Shown piece after piece: positions 1 to 8,463 of a stretch of DNA of 33,147 nt. The notes under the pieces are model-generated. The model saw only the letters and a list, made by a program, of their open reading frames with translations, was not told the origin of the DNA and did no database searches. A program made the translations under genes and the position numbers. The stretch's first letter is position 1; each line of letters opens with the position of its first letter. Source of the stretch: Minisyncoccota bacterium (GTDB lineage Bacteria; Patescibacteriota; Microgenomatia; UBA1400; PJMF01). The stretch is from positions 1-33,147 of the forward strand of contig JAAZKO010000044.1 in assembly GCA_012799795.1 (NCBI GenBank). The letters run 5' to 3'.

Positions 1-400
1 GATTGAAGAAGATATGCAACTCCATCACTTAAATTTTTGAAATCTAGCGAAGCTGGCAATCTATCTAGAATTTCTTGATCATATCCCTTTTCAACTAGTG
101 ATTGAAGAAGATATGCAACTTCATCACTTAAATTTTTGAAATCTAGCGAAGCTGGCAATCTAGCAACAATTTCTTTGCTATATCCATTTTTGACAAAAAA
201 TTGGAGAAATGATCTAACCCAATAACTTAAATGGTTTAAATCTAGCTGGGCTGGCAATCTATCTAGGATTTTTTTGTCGTATTCTTTTTTAAGCAATATC
301 ACGAGAAAATATCTCGATTCATTACTCAAATTGTTTAAATCTAGCTGGGTTGGCAATCTATCTAGAATTTCTTCATCACTCAAACTAACTTCAGTTAAAT
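1..400. repeat. Tandem repeat of four units with a 99-bp period
   Basis: The core GGCAAT recurs at 55, 154, 253 and 352, exactly 99 bp apart. Units 1-63 and 100-162 are identical except for position 22 versus 121. The other units have diverged at the DNA level but keep the protein motif. Confidence 0.85.
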
Positions 401-503
401 TTATTGATTTTTTTTGATCTTTTGTTGAGTTATTTTGATCTGCTGAAAATATTTTTTTCAGGTTAGAAAAGATCTCACCTTCACTTTCAGGAATGTTTTT
501 CAC
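1..503 (-). CDS. Partial CDS whose 3' end runs off the window: tandem 33-aa repeat protein, family not recognised
   Basis: My own translation of the minus strand gives an open frame of 167 codons. It starts at GTG 503-501, two codons after an in-frame TGA, and runs to position 1. It reads VKNIPESEGEIFSNLKKIFSADQNNSTKDQKKSINLTEVSLSDEE, followed by four units of about 33 aa with the motif I(L/V)xRLPxxLD(L/F)xxLS...L...(Y)(D/S). It is missing from the ORF track, probably because no stop codon lies inside the window. The start codon is uncertain: there is no ATG and no clear SD. Confidence 0.55.
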   Translation of the reverse strand, partial: MKNIPESEGEIFSNLKKIFSADQNNSTKDQKKSINLTEVSLSDEEILDRLPTQLDLNNLSNESRYFLVILLKKEYDKKILDRLPAQLDLNHLSYWVRSFLQFFVKNGYSKEIVARLPASLDFKNLSDEVAYLLQSLVEKGYDQEILDRLPASLDFKNLSDGVAYLLQ

Positions 504-617
504 AAATCAATTGTAATCTAATTACTGTCAATTTGAAACATTAGGCATCAGTTATATTTTACAAAATATTTGAATATCTTGTGTGCCGTTTCTGCAAAAT
601 TAAAAGATAGATTAAAA

Positions 618-1217
618 TTATTGCTTAATAAAAAGCACTTGGCTTTCAGTCATTACTCCATCAATCTTTTGGTCAAATGCGGTCGCGGGTAGTTCCTCTA
701 CAAACTGGCAATCAAAAATTAAAGCCAAATTGAGTTGTGGTTGATAATCACTGATAAAACGATCGTAAAACCCCGCACCCCAGCCCAAACGCTCCCCTTT
801 CTTACTTACAGCTAAAGCTGGAACTAAGTTTAGATCAATTTTTTCATTTAAAAAATTATTTGTTTGAGGTTGTAGTGTTTCAAAACTAGCTTCAACTAAC
901 TCTGAAAAATCTTTAATGACTGCTGCTTTCATGATCCCTCTTTTCACAATAAAAGGAACGCTTACTGTTTTTCCAATCTCTAATATTTTTTTAATTAAAG
1001 CGTGAGTAAAAACTTCTGTGTCTTTGGATACATAACACATAATATTTTTTGCTTTTTTAAATTCTGATAAGCTTAAAACTTTTTTTGTAATTAATTGGGA
1101 TTTTAGTTTTATTTCTTCTTCACCCAACTGTTCGCGCTTTAATTTGAATTGAGCTCTCAACTCTTTTTTTTTCTCAATAATCTCCATTGTTTTTTTATTT
1201 AATAAGTGTTGATTCAT
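618..1217 (-). CDS. 5-formyltetrahydrofolate cyclo-ligase (MTHFS family)
   Basis: 199 aa. The C-terminal GWGAGFYDRF motif and the overall length are typical of 5-FTHF cyclo-ligases. Confidence 0.8.
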   Translation of the reverse strand: MNQHLLNKKTMEIIEKKKELRAQFKLKREQLGEEEIKLKSQLITKKVLSLSEFKKAKNIMCYVSKDTEVFTHALIKKILEIGKTVSVPFIVKRGIMKAAVIKDFSELVEASFETLQPQTNNFLNEKIDLNLVPALAVSKKGERLGWGAGFYDRFISDYQPQLNLALIFDCQFVEELPATAFDQKIDGVMTESQVLFIKQ

Positions 1218-1234
1218 AAATCATCTTAGTCAAC

Positions 1235-1263
1235 TTGAATTAATAAACACATAATCATATAAT
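1235..1263 (+). promoter_or_regulatory. Sigma70-type promoter candidate for glyA-fhs-folD
   Basis: TTGAAT at 1235-1240, a 17-bp spacer, then TATAAT at 1258-1263. This lies about 55 nt upstream of the glyA ATG, which has an AAGGAG SD. Confidence 0.5.
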
Positions 1264-1318
1264 AACACTGTTATCTCGCCTGCACCATTTTAACAATTAT
1301 TAGAAAAAGGAGTTCTTC

Positions 1319-2662
1319 ATGAAAACCTACATTCCCCAAATCAAAAAAGTTGATCCGGAAATGGCTGATCTAATTAAAAAAGAATGTAAAAGGCAGGAGG
1401 AAACTTTAATGATGATTCCTTCGGAAAATATTGCTTCCGAAGCAGTTCAACAAGCAGTCGGTTCTTGCTTGGGCAATAAATACGCAGAAGGTTATCCCAA
1501 CAAAAGATATTATCAAGGTCAAGAATACATTGATTTAATTGAAAACTTAACTAAAGAAAGAGCAGTTAAAGCTTTTGGCGTAGTCCATGCTAATGTTCAA
1601 GCGCTATCTGGTTCTCCAGCTAATTTAGCAGTTTATTTGGGTGTGCTAAAACCTGGCGATACAATCTTAGGTTTGGATCTGTCTCACGGAGGTCATCTTA
1701 CTCACGGTTCTAAAGTTTCAACTTCAGGAATTTATTATAATTCAGTTGCTTACATTTTAAATAAAGAGGGCAAAATGGATTATGAGGCTATTGAAAAATT
1801 AGCTCTTAAGCATAAGCCTCAATTAATTGTGGCTGGCATTACCGCTTATCCTCTAAAAGTTAATTGGAGTAAATTTGCCAAAATTGCTGATAAGGTTGGT
1901 GCTTATTTAATGGCTGATGTGGCACATCTGTCCGGTCTAATTGTCGCTGGTGTTTACCCGTCACCAGCTCCTTACGCTCATATCATTACCACCACCACTC
2001 ACAAAACCTTGCGTGGACCGCGAGGAGCAATGATTATGGTGACTAAAAAAGGTATTAAGAAAAATCCTGATTTAGCAAAAATCATTGACAGTGCTGTTTT
2101 TCCAAGACTACAAGGTGGACCTCACATCAACACCATTGCAGGTATTGGCATCGCCCTCAAAGAAGCAATGACCACTCGCTTTAAAAAATATGGCGAGCAA
2201 ATTATTAAAAATAGTCAAACTTTGGCTAAAGAACTTAAAAACAGAGGTTTCCATTTAGTGGCTGGAGGTAGCAACACTCACCTTATTTTAATTGATTTAA
2301 AAAATAAGGATGTGATTGGTAACTTAGCTGCCGAAGCTTTAGAAGCAGCTAACATTGTTTTGAATCGCAACAGTGTTCCTTTTGACAGCAATCCTCCTTT
2401 TTATCCTTCAGGAATAAGAATGGGAACGCCAGGCATAACCAGTAGAGGCATGAAAGAAAAGGAAATGATTAAGATTGCCACTTGGATTAGCGACATCATC
2501 GATGATATTGTGCGAATTCAAGATAAGCAAGAACTTAGTTTTGCGCAGGTAAAAAAGAGCTCAGTTCGTAAAAAAATTATTGCTTCTTCTAAAACAATTA
2601 AAGAGGTGAAAAAAGAAGTGCTTAAACTTTGTAAAAAGTTCCCGATCCAAGGCGAATATTAA
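1319..2662 (+). CDS. glyA: Serine hydroxymethyltransferase
   Basis: 447 aa. It carries the PLP-lysine motif TTTTHKTLRGPRG and conserved SENIAS/NKYAEGYP blocks. Confidence 0.97.
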   Translation: MKTYIPQIKKVDPEMADLIKKECKRQEETLMMIPSENIASEAVQQAVGSCLGNKYAEGYPNKRYYQGQEYIDLIENLTKERAVKAFGVVHANVQALSGSPANLAVYLGVLKPGDTILGLDLSHGGHLTHGSKVSTSGIYYNSVAYILNKEGKMDYEAIEKLALKHKPQLIVAGITAYPLKVNWSKFAKIADKVGAYLMADVAHLSGLIVAGVYPSPAPYAHIITTTTHKTLRGPRGAMIMVTKKGIKKNPDLAKIIDSAVFPRLQGGPHINTIAGIGIALKEAMTTRFKKYGEQIIKNSQTLAKELKNRGFHLVAGGSNTHLILIDLKNKDVIGNLAAEALEAANIVLNRNSVPFDSNPPFYPSGIRMGTPGITSRGMKEKEMIKIATWISDIIDDIVRIQDKQELSFAQVKKSSVRKKIIASSKTIKEVKKEVLKLCKKFPIQGEY

Positions 2663-2698
2663 TTAGGTATTGAAGAAAATTTAAAGGAAAGATTTTTC

Positions 2699-4330
2699 AT
2701 GAAATCAGATATTGAAATTGCGCAAGCAGTTAAACTAAAGCCGATTAAGGACGTTGCTCGATCAATTACTATTAAAGAAAAATATTTAGAATATTATGGT
2801 GATAACAAAGCTAAAGTTAATCTAGACATTTGGAAAGAATTAGATCAGAAAAAAGACGGCAAACTGGTTTTAGTCACAGCTATGACTCCTACTCCAGCTG
2901 GAGAAGGTAAAACTACTACCACAGTCGGATTAGGACAAGCTCTATGGGACTTGGGTAAGAAATCAATGATCTGCTTACGTGAACCATCCCTGGGGCCTAT
3001 CTTTGGCATTAAGGGTGGTGCGGCTGGCGGTGGTTATGCTCAAGTTTTACCAATGGAAGACATTAATCTTCATTTTACTGGAGATCTTCATGCTGTTGGG
3101 GCGGCTAACAATTTATTGGCTTCTTTAATTGACAATCACATTCATCATGGTAATAGTTTGCAAATCGATCCTCGTAAAATTACTTGGAGACGTTGTGTGG
3201 ACATGAGTGACCGTAGTCTAAGATCAATTGTCATTGCCCTTGAAACGGGCAACGGTCTAACCAGACAAGATGGTTATGACATCACTGTTGCCTCAGAAGT
3301 GATGGCTATTCTCTGTTTAGCTAAAGATATTCAAGATCTAAAAAAACGTTTAGAAAAAATGATTGTTGCTAGCAATTTTAAGGGCGAAGCAATTACTGCT
3401 AAAGACTTAAAAGCGGCTGGAGCCATGACTGTTTTACTCAAAGACGCCATTAAACCTAATTTGGTACAAACTCTAGAAGGTTCTCCGGCTTTTATTCATG
3501 GCGGACCATTTGCTAATATTGCTCATGGTTGCAACTCCTTAATCGCTACCAAGACGGCTTTAAAATTAGCAGATATTGTAGTGACTGAAGCTGGTTTTGG
3601 CGCTGACCTAGGAGCGGAAAAGTTCTTAGATATTAAATGCCGAATTGGAAAGCTGAAGCCTAATGCCGTGGTTTTAGTTGGTACCATTCGCGCTTTAAAA
3701 CACCATGGTAAAGGTAAGCTTAAAGATGGTTTAGCTAACTTAGGTAAGCATATTGAAAATATTCATGAATTTGGCTTGCCAATGGTGGTTGCTATTAATA
3801 AATTTGACAGCGACAGTGCTCAAGAAATTAATTTAGTAAAAAAATACTGTGAGGAGCGTGGTGTTAAAGCCATCATGTCAGAAGCTTGGGCCAAGGGAGC
3901 GAAAGGTGCTCACGAATTAGCAAGAGAAGTCTTGCGCTTGAGTAAGCAAAAGAATCACTTTAAATATCTTTATAACCCCAACAAAGGTTTGAAGAATTCT
4001 GTTGAAGAGATTGCTACAAAAGTATATGGAGCCGATGGAGTTATCTGGAGCGCCGAGGCTCGTCGAGCTATAAGAAGATTTGAAAAATGGCACATTAGTG
4101 GCCAGTTTATTTGTATGGCAAAAACTCAAGCCTCACTATCTGATAATCCAAAATTATTGGGAAGACCAGAAAACTTTAAAGTGAAAGTTAAAGAAATTAG
4201 ACTTAGTGCTGGTGCTGGATTTTTTGTGGTAATTGCCGGCAGTATTATGACTATGCCTGGATTGCCTAAAGAGCCTGCTTCTAATAATATAGACATTGAT
4301 GACCAAGGAACTGTGCTGGGGTTGTTCTAA
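2699..4330 (+). CDS. fhs: Formate-tetrahydrofolate ligase
   Basis: 543 aa. It has the P-loop-like [15 protein letters not shown] and the conserved [22 protein letters not shown] block. Confidence 0.97.
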   Translation: MKSDIEIAQAVKLKPIKDVARSITIKEKYLEYYGDNKAKVNLDIWKELDQKKDGKLVLVTAMTPTPAGEGKTTTTVGLGQALWDLGKKSMICLREPSLGPIFGIKGGAAGGGYAQVLPMEDINLHFTGDLHAVGAANNLLASLIDNHIHHGNSLQIDPRKITWRRCVDMSDRSLRSIVIALETGNGLTRQDGYDITVASEVMAILCLAKDIQDLKKRLEKMIVASNFKGEAITAKDLKAAGAMTVLLKDAIKPNLVQTLEGSPAFIHGGPFANIAHGCNSLIATKTALKLADIVVTEAGFGADLGAEKFLDIKCRIGKLKPNAVVLVGTIRALKHHGKGKLKDGLANLGKHIENIHEFGLPMVVAINKFDSDSAQEINLVKKYCEERGVKAIMSEAWAKGAKGAHELAREVLRLSKQKNHFKYLYNPNKGLKNSVEEIATKVYGADGVIWSAEARRAIRRFEKWHISGQFICMAKTQASLSDNPKLLGRPENFKVKVKEIRLSAGAGFFVVIAGSIMTMPGLPKEPASNNIDIDDQGTVLGLF

Positions 4331-4397
4331 TCGCCCAACACGAAAAATATCAATTTAAAAAGAACTTGCTTAACAATTAAGCAAGAGCAAGGGATGT

Positions 4398-5243
4398 ATG
4401 GCTCAACTAATTGATGGCCGAGCTTTATCTAAAAAAATCCAAGAAAAAATCACAAAAGAAGTGGCTTCTCTAAAATTTAGACCAGGCCTAGCAGTAGTTT
4501 TAGTTGGCGAAGACCCTGCATCTCAAATTTATGTTAAAAGTAAAGAGAGGGCTTGTCGTGCGGTCGGTTTTTACAGCGAAAAAATTGTTTTAGAAAAAAA
4601 TATCGCTCAAGATAAATTGTTAACTGTCATTAAAAAATTAAATAAAAATCCTAAAATTCATGGTATTTTAGTTCAGCTGCCCCTCCCCAAGCACTTAGAT
4701 GAAAAAATTGTTATTGATAATATTGATCCAAAAAAAGATGTGGATGTTTTTCATCCTTATAATGTTGGCGAGCTTTGTTTAAAAAAAACTCTGCCAAAAT
4801 TGGATGATTTATTGGCTCCCTGCACTCCCAAAGGTGTTATGAGAATGCTGGAGGAATATAAGATTGATTTGGAGGGGAAAAAAGCGGTAGTGCTTGGCCG
4901 GAGTAACTTGATTGGTAAACCTATTGCCCTAATGCTTTTAGCTAAAAATGCCACAGTAGAAATCTGTCATTCTCGAACTAAAAATTTAGCTAAAACTAGT
5001 GCTCAAGCTGATATTTTAATTGCCGCCATTGGTAAGGCCAATTTTGTTAAGAAAACCATGGTCAAAAAAGGAGCAGTGGTGATTGATGTTGGCATTAACC
5101 GCAGCAAACAAGGATTGGTCGGTGATGTTGATTTTAAGGAAGTAGAAAAAATAGCCGGCTATATTACTCCCGTTCCAGGAGGAGTTGGTCCGATGACTAT
5201 TGCTTGTTTGTTAGAAAACACCCTGCTTTTGGCTAAAAAATAA
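4398..5243 (+). CDS. folD: Bifunctional methylene-THF dehydrogenase / methenyl-THF cyclohydrolase
   Basis: 281 aa. Conserved blocks are MAQLIDGRALSKKI, GILVQLPLP, GRSNLIGKP and TPVPGGVGPMT. Confidence 0.96.
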   Translation: MAQLIDGRALSKKIQEKITKEVASLKFRPGLAVVLVGEDPASQIYVKSKERACRAVGFYSEKIVLEKNIAQDKLLTVIKKLNKNPKIHGILVQLPLPKHLDEKIVIDNIDPKKDVDVFHPYNVGELCLKKTLPKLDDLLAPCTPKGVMRMLEEYKIDLEGKKAVVLGRSNLIGKPIALMLLAKNATVEICHSRTKNLAKTSAQADILIAAIGKANFVKKTMVKKGAVVIDVGINRSKQGLVGDVDFKEVEKIAGYITPVPGGVGPMTIACLLENTLLLAKK

Positions 5244-5286
5244 TTTTAGCCTCCGTGGTCAAATGACTAGTATTTTATCAATTCCG

Positions 5287-5295
5287 TGCTATAAT
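5287..5295 (+). promoter_or_regulatory. Extended -10 promoter element (TGcTATAAT) upstream of the RRM protein gene
   Basis: TG at 5287-5288 and TATAAT at 5290-5295. This implies a leader of roughly 130 nt before ATG 5429. No good -35 element was seen. Confidence 0.45.
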
Positions 5296-5428
5296 ATATC
5301 TTGTCTTAGATTGAAAACGTGCAGAGGTCCAATATTATTTCCTCCATAGTTCAAGAAACAAGATGACCCTAAATTTAGGGTGAGTATTATTATCTTTGCA
5401 AATATTTTTGCAAGAGAAAAAGGAAAAC

Positions 5429-5785
5429 ATGTCTGATGACAGACAAGAAGAAGAAAACAAGAAAAAGCTCTTCGTTGGCAACCTACCTTTTACTGCCACT
5501 CAAGAAGAACTTCAAGAGGTTTTCTCAAAATTTGGTGAAATCACCAATGTAAATTTAATCACTGATCGAATGTCAGGCCGACCTAAGGGTTTTGCCTTCA
5601 TCGAATATTCAAGTGAAGAAGAAGCTCAAGCCGCTATTGACGGTATGGCTGGTCAAAAAATTAGCGATCGAGAGGTGATTGTTAATTTGGCTAGACCTCG
5701 TCAACCTCGTAGTGATCGAGGTGGCTTTGGTGGTCAACGTAATTACGGCGGTAATCGTTCAGATAATCGCAGTAATCGCTATTAA
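5429..5785 (+). CDS. RRM-domain RNA-binding protein with an RGG/Gly-Arg-rich C-terminal tail
   Basis: RNP2-like LFVGNL and RNP1-like KGFAFIEY are present. The tail reads RGGFGGQRNYGGNRSDNRSNRY. I prefer ATG 5429 (AGGA SD at 5421-5424) over the TTG at 5396 used in the ORF track. Confidence 0.85.
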   Translation: MSDDRQEEENKKKLFVGNLPFTATQEELQEVFSKFGEITNVNLITDRMSGRPKGFAFIEYSSEEEAQAAIDGMAGQKISDREVIVNLARPRQPRSDRGGFGGQRNYGGNRSDNRSNRY

Positions 5786-5810
5786 ATCAAGCAATTGTTT
5801 TAAAAAGTAA

Positions 5811-5838
5811 AAAACCAGCTCTTTAGGGCTGGTTTTTT
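5811..5838 (+). terminator. Rho-independent terminator after the RRM gene
   Basis: The stem CCAGCTC / GGGCTGG has 7 bp including one GU pair. The loop is TTTA and the stem is followed by TTTTTT. Confidence 0.8.
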
Positions 5839-5862
5839 AATATTTCAGTAATGTAATGCTAG

Positions 5863-6708
5863 TTGATTGTCCACTGTCAGATTATTGTTCTATTTTTAAA
5901 TAATAATATAAAGGTGAGTTCCATAACTTCGCCTCTAATTATCAATGAAGTCTTTCCCAATCCTAATTCTGGCAAGGAGTGGGTAGAAATCTATTATCTT
6001 GAAGAAGCCCCAATTAATGCTGCTGATTACGTCAACTTTACTATCAGTGACGAAAATAAAATTATTTATAGTTTCCGGGGTGAAGAGATCTGGTCAGATA
6101 ATTTTTTAGTCATTGAGGTGTCCGGACTTAACAATGATAAAGATAGTGTTATTTTAAAAAATGCTCAAGGAATTATCATAGATGAAATGAGTTACACCAG
6201 CACCCAAAAAGGATTGAGCTGGCTACGCACTAATTCATATGATTCAGTCTTTGTCTTAGGAGAAGCTAGCCCTCTTTATCAAAACCCAGTTATAACACCC
6301 AGTGCAACCCCTAGTCCTAGCAATCCTAGCCCTAGTCCTTTAATTAACCCTACAATCTCTCCCTCTTCCAACACGGATAGTCTTCCAATTTACTCAATTG
6401 ATGAGGAAAAAGATAGTCAGATTAACGCTAATGCTGAAAATAAATCAATACAAACGGTAAATAAAAAGATGGGTAAAACAAGTGAGCAAGTCCTACAAAA
6501 AGAATTATCTCGAATATATTTTGCTAATTATCAAAACTATCATAATTTGCAAATTACTTATTCAAAAGATAAACTATTCCCTCAGTCTCGTTTAGTTTTT
6601 TTGGGCCAAGAAATTCTTAAGCAGCCAATCATCAATGCTATAATAGGAAGTTCTCTACTTGTTATAGCTGCAATTTTATTAAGTTATGAAGCTAAAAGAA
6701 AAAAATAA
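5863..6708 (+). CDS. Lamin-tail-domain (LTD)-like protein with a Pro/Ser-rich linker and a C-terminal transmembrane anchor
   Basis: INEVFPNPNSGKEWVEIYY...DSVILKN matches the LTD signature. The linker reads PSATPSPSNPSPSPLINPTISPSS. The C-terminal end IINAIIGSSLLVIAAILLSYEAKRKK looks like a TM helix. The start is uncertain: TTG 5863 or in-frame GTG 5914. Confidence 0.7.
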   Translation: MIVHCQIIVLFLNNNIKVSSITSPLIINEVFPNPNSGKEWVEIYYLEEAPINAADYVNFTISDENKIIYSFRGEEIWSDNFLVIEVSGLNNDKDSVILKNAQGIIIDEMSYTSTQKGLSWLRTNSYDSVFVLGEASPLYQNPVITPSATPSPSNPSPSPLINPTISPSSNTDSLPIYSIDEEKDSQINANAENKSIQTVNKKMGKTSEQVLQKELSRIYFANYQNYHNLQITYSKDKLFPQSRLVFLGQEILKQPIINAIIGSSLLVIAAILLSYEAKRKK

Positions 6709-7087
6709 AAAGAAGTCCTCCATTTTTTATTTTAAGGCATACTTGCCCAGCATATTATGGGCGATAATGATCTTTATTTTATCCAATCAAGAAAGGCTTC
6801 CTAGTTTTAATATTTCTTTATTAGACTTCCTTTTTAAGAAATTGGCTCATATCTTTGTTTATGCAATCTTATATTATTTACTTTTTCTAGCTTATTTAAA
6901 AACTAACCCCAGTAAACAGGTGGGTAAAAAACATCACTTATGGCCCTTATTAATCGCCCTCATTTATGCGCTGGGTGATGAATTTCATCAGTCATTCGTT
7001 AAGGGTCGTTATGCTGCTACCCATGATATCGCTTATGACTTTCTAGGAATGATGTCTGTATTGTTGTATCAGCAAAAAATGCTGTAA
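6686..7087 (+). CDS. VanZ-like family membrane protein
   Basis: 133 aa and hydrophobic. It has KKLAHIFVYAILY and GDEFHQSFVKGRYAATHDIAYDFLG, which resemble the conserved VanZ-like blocks. It overlaps the preceding CDS by 23 nt. Confidence 0.7.
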   Translation: MKLKEKNKKKSSIFYFKAYLPSILWAIMIFILSNQERLPSFNISLLDFLFKKLAHIFVYAILYYLLFLAYLKTNPSKQVGKKHHLWPLLIALIYALGDEFHQSFVKGRYAATHDIAYDFLGMMSVLLYQQKML

Positions 7088-7094
7088 TTGCCAC

Positions 7095-7111
7095 TTGACT
7101 TAATAAGTCAA
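7095..7111 (+). promoter_or_regulatory. 17-bp perfect palindrome overlapping a -35-like TTGACT upstream of hup
   Basis: TTGACTTAATAAGTCAA. TTGACT lies at 7095-7100, followed by a 16-bp spacer and TACACT. The site is about 60 nt upstream of the HU ATG. Confidence 0.3.
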
Positions 7112-7171
7112 ACCAGTACACTAATTGATACGTAAAAAGGCTAATTACAAGTTAAAAAAAGGAAAGAAACA

Positions 7172-7447
7172 ATGACCAAATCTGAATTGATCAACATTGT
7201 AGCCAAAAAAGCCCATCTTACAAAAAAAGCTGCTGGTGAAGCAGTGGAGGCTGTTTTTGATGAAATTATTCGCACTCTAAAGAAAGGTGATAAAGCAGTT
7301 ATTTCTGGCTTTGGCACTTTTTATGTAGGGAAAGTCGACGATAAGCATGTAGAGCCTTTTGGCGACAAAACCAAACGTCAATTGGTTAAGGGTCATAGAG
7401 TAGTTAATTTTCGTGTAGGCAAACCTCTCAAAAGAGAAATTTGGTAA
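7172..7447 (+). CDS. hup: HU/IHF-family DNA-binding protein
   Basis: 91 aa. MTKSELINIVAKKAHLTKKAAGEAVEAVFDEI...ISGFGTF is typical of HU. Confidence 0.93.
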   Translation: MTKSELINIVAKKAHLTKKAAGEAVEAVFDEIIRTLKKGDKAVISGFGTFYVGKVDDKHVEPFGDKTKRQLVKGHRVVNFRVGKPLKREIW

Positions 7448-7463
7448 AAATTTGGAAAAATAA

Positions 7464-7494
7464 GAAAACCCACCAATCGGTGGGTTTTTTGTTT
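7464..7494. terminator. Bidirectional rho-independent terminator between convergent hup and rpsI
   Basis: GAAAA-CCCACC-AATC-GGTGGG-TTTTTT. A GC-rich 6-bp stem is flanked by an A-run and a T-run. Confidence 0.8.
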
Positions 7495-7517
7495 GTAAAA
7501 AAATATAAAAATATAGT

Positions 7518-8027
7518 TTAGCGTTTTGGTGATTGGCGTTTACGACGAGCCTTACCACCTCTACCAACTTTACGAGTCTCTTTCATTCGATCATCACGAG
7601 TTAGTAAGCCCGCAGGTTTGAGGAAGGAACGAAATTCAGGATTATGCTTAACTAGAGCACTGGCTAAACCAAGGACCACAGCATCTAATTGAGCCTTTTT
7701 ACCTGAACCACTAACTTTAGCTGATAAAGCAAATTTGCCTTTTGTCCCAGTCAAATTAAAAGGTTCCATGTAAATTGCTGCTGCATTGCGAATGTCAGAA
7801 AAATAATCAGCTGCCAATTCTTGGTTAACAACTAGATCACCATTGCCTTCATAGATTCTCACTCTAGCACTAGCAATTTTACGACGACCAATTCCTTCAG
7901 TATATTTGTTGCTCGGTAATTTAAAATCAACAGTCGATTTACCCTTAGCTTTTTGAGCCTTAGGTTTAGTGGTCTTTTTGACCACCTTTTTAACCTTACT
8001 GGTTTTTTTATTCATGCGAATTGCCAT
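7518..8027 (-). CDS. rpsI: 30S ribosomal protein S9, with a Lys-rich N-terminal extension
   Basis: GIGRRKIASARVRI and the C-terminal KARRKRQSPKR are present. About 40 Lys-rich residues precede the conserved core. Confidence 0.95.
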   Translation of the reverse strand: MAIRMNKKTSKVKKVVKKTTKPKAQKAKGKSTVDFKLPSNKYTEGIGRRKIASARVRIYEGNGDLVVNQELAADYFSDIRNAAAIYMEPFNLTGTKGKFALSAKVSGSGKKAQLDAVVLGLASALVKHNPEFRSFLKPAGLLTRDDRMKETRKVGRGGKARRKRQSPKR

Positions 8028-8028
8028 A

Positions 8029-8457
8029 TTATTTTGCCTTTATCAAATTTTGGTAAGGATGTTGAGTTCCCACAACAATCTTTAATCTTGCTAAACGAGG
8101 ATCTCGTAAACGATTCTTAGGGAGCATGTTTTTAACTGCTAACTCAATAACTTTACTGGGATTTTTTTCAATCATTTCGGAAAAAGTTCGCTGTCTAATT
8201 CCTCCTGGAAAACCAGTGTGCCAATAGTAGATTTTTTTATTAGCTTTATTACGAGTCACTTCAATTTTTTCTGCATTAATCACCACCACATAATCGCCGT
8301 TATCATTGTGAGGGGTATAAGTTACCTTGTGCTTGCCGATTAATTTTTGAGCTATTTCACTAGCCAAACGACCCAAGACCTTGCCTTCAGCATCGTATTC
8401 ATACCACTGGCGAGTAATTTCTTCTTTTTTTTCAATAAAAGTTTTATTTTTTGACAT
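8029..8457 (-). CDS. rplM: 50S ribosomal protein L13
   Basis: GRLASEIAQKLIGKHKVTYTPHNDNGDYVVVINAEK...YYWHTGFPGG. Confidence 0.96.
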   Translation of the reverse strand: MSKNKTFIEKKEEITRQWYEYDAEGKVLGRLASEIAQKLIGKHKVTYTPHNDNGDYVVVINAEKIEVTRNKANKKIYYWHTGFPGGIRQRTFSEMIEKNPSKVIELAVKNMLPKNRLRDPRLARLKIVVGTQHPYQNLIKAK

Positions 8458-8463
8458 GATTCT

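Noticed and set aside
1-400. The 99-bp tandem repeats as a CRISPR array or non-coding satellite.
   Set aside because: The period is a multiple of 3 and lies in a long open frame with a conserved peptide motif. There is no repeat-spacer architecture. It is a coding repeat.
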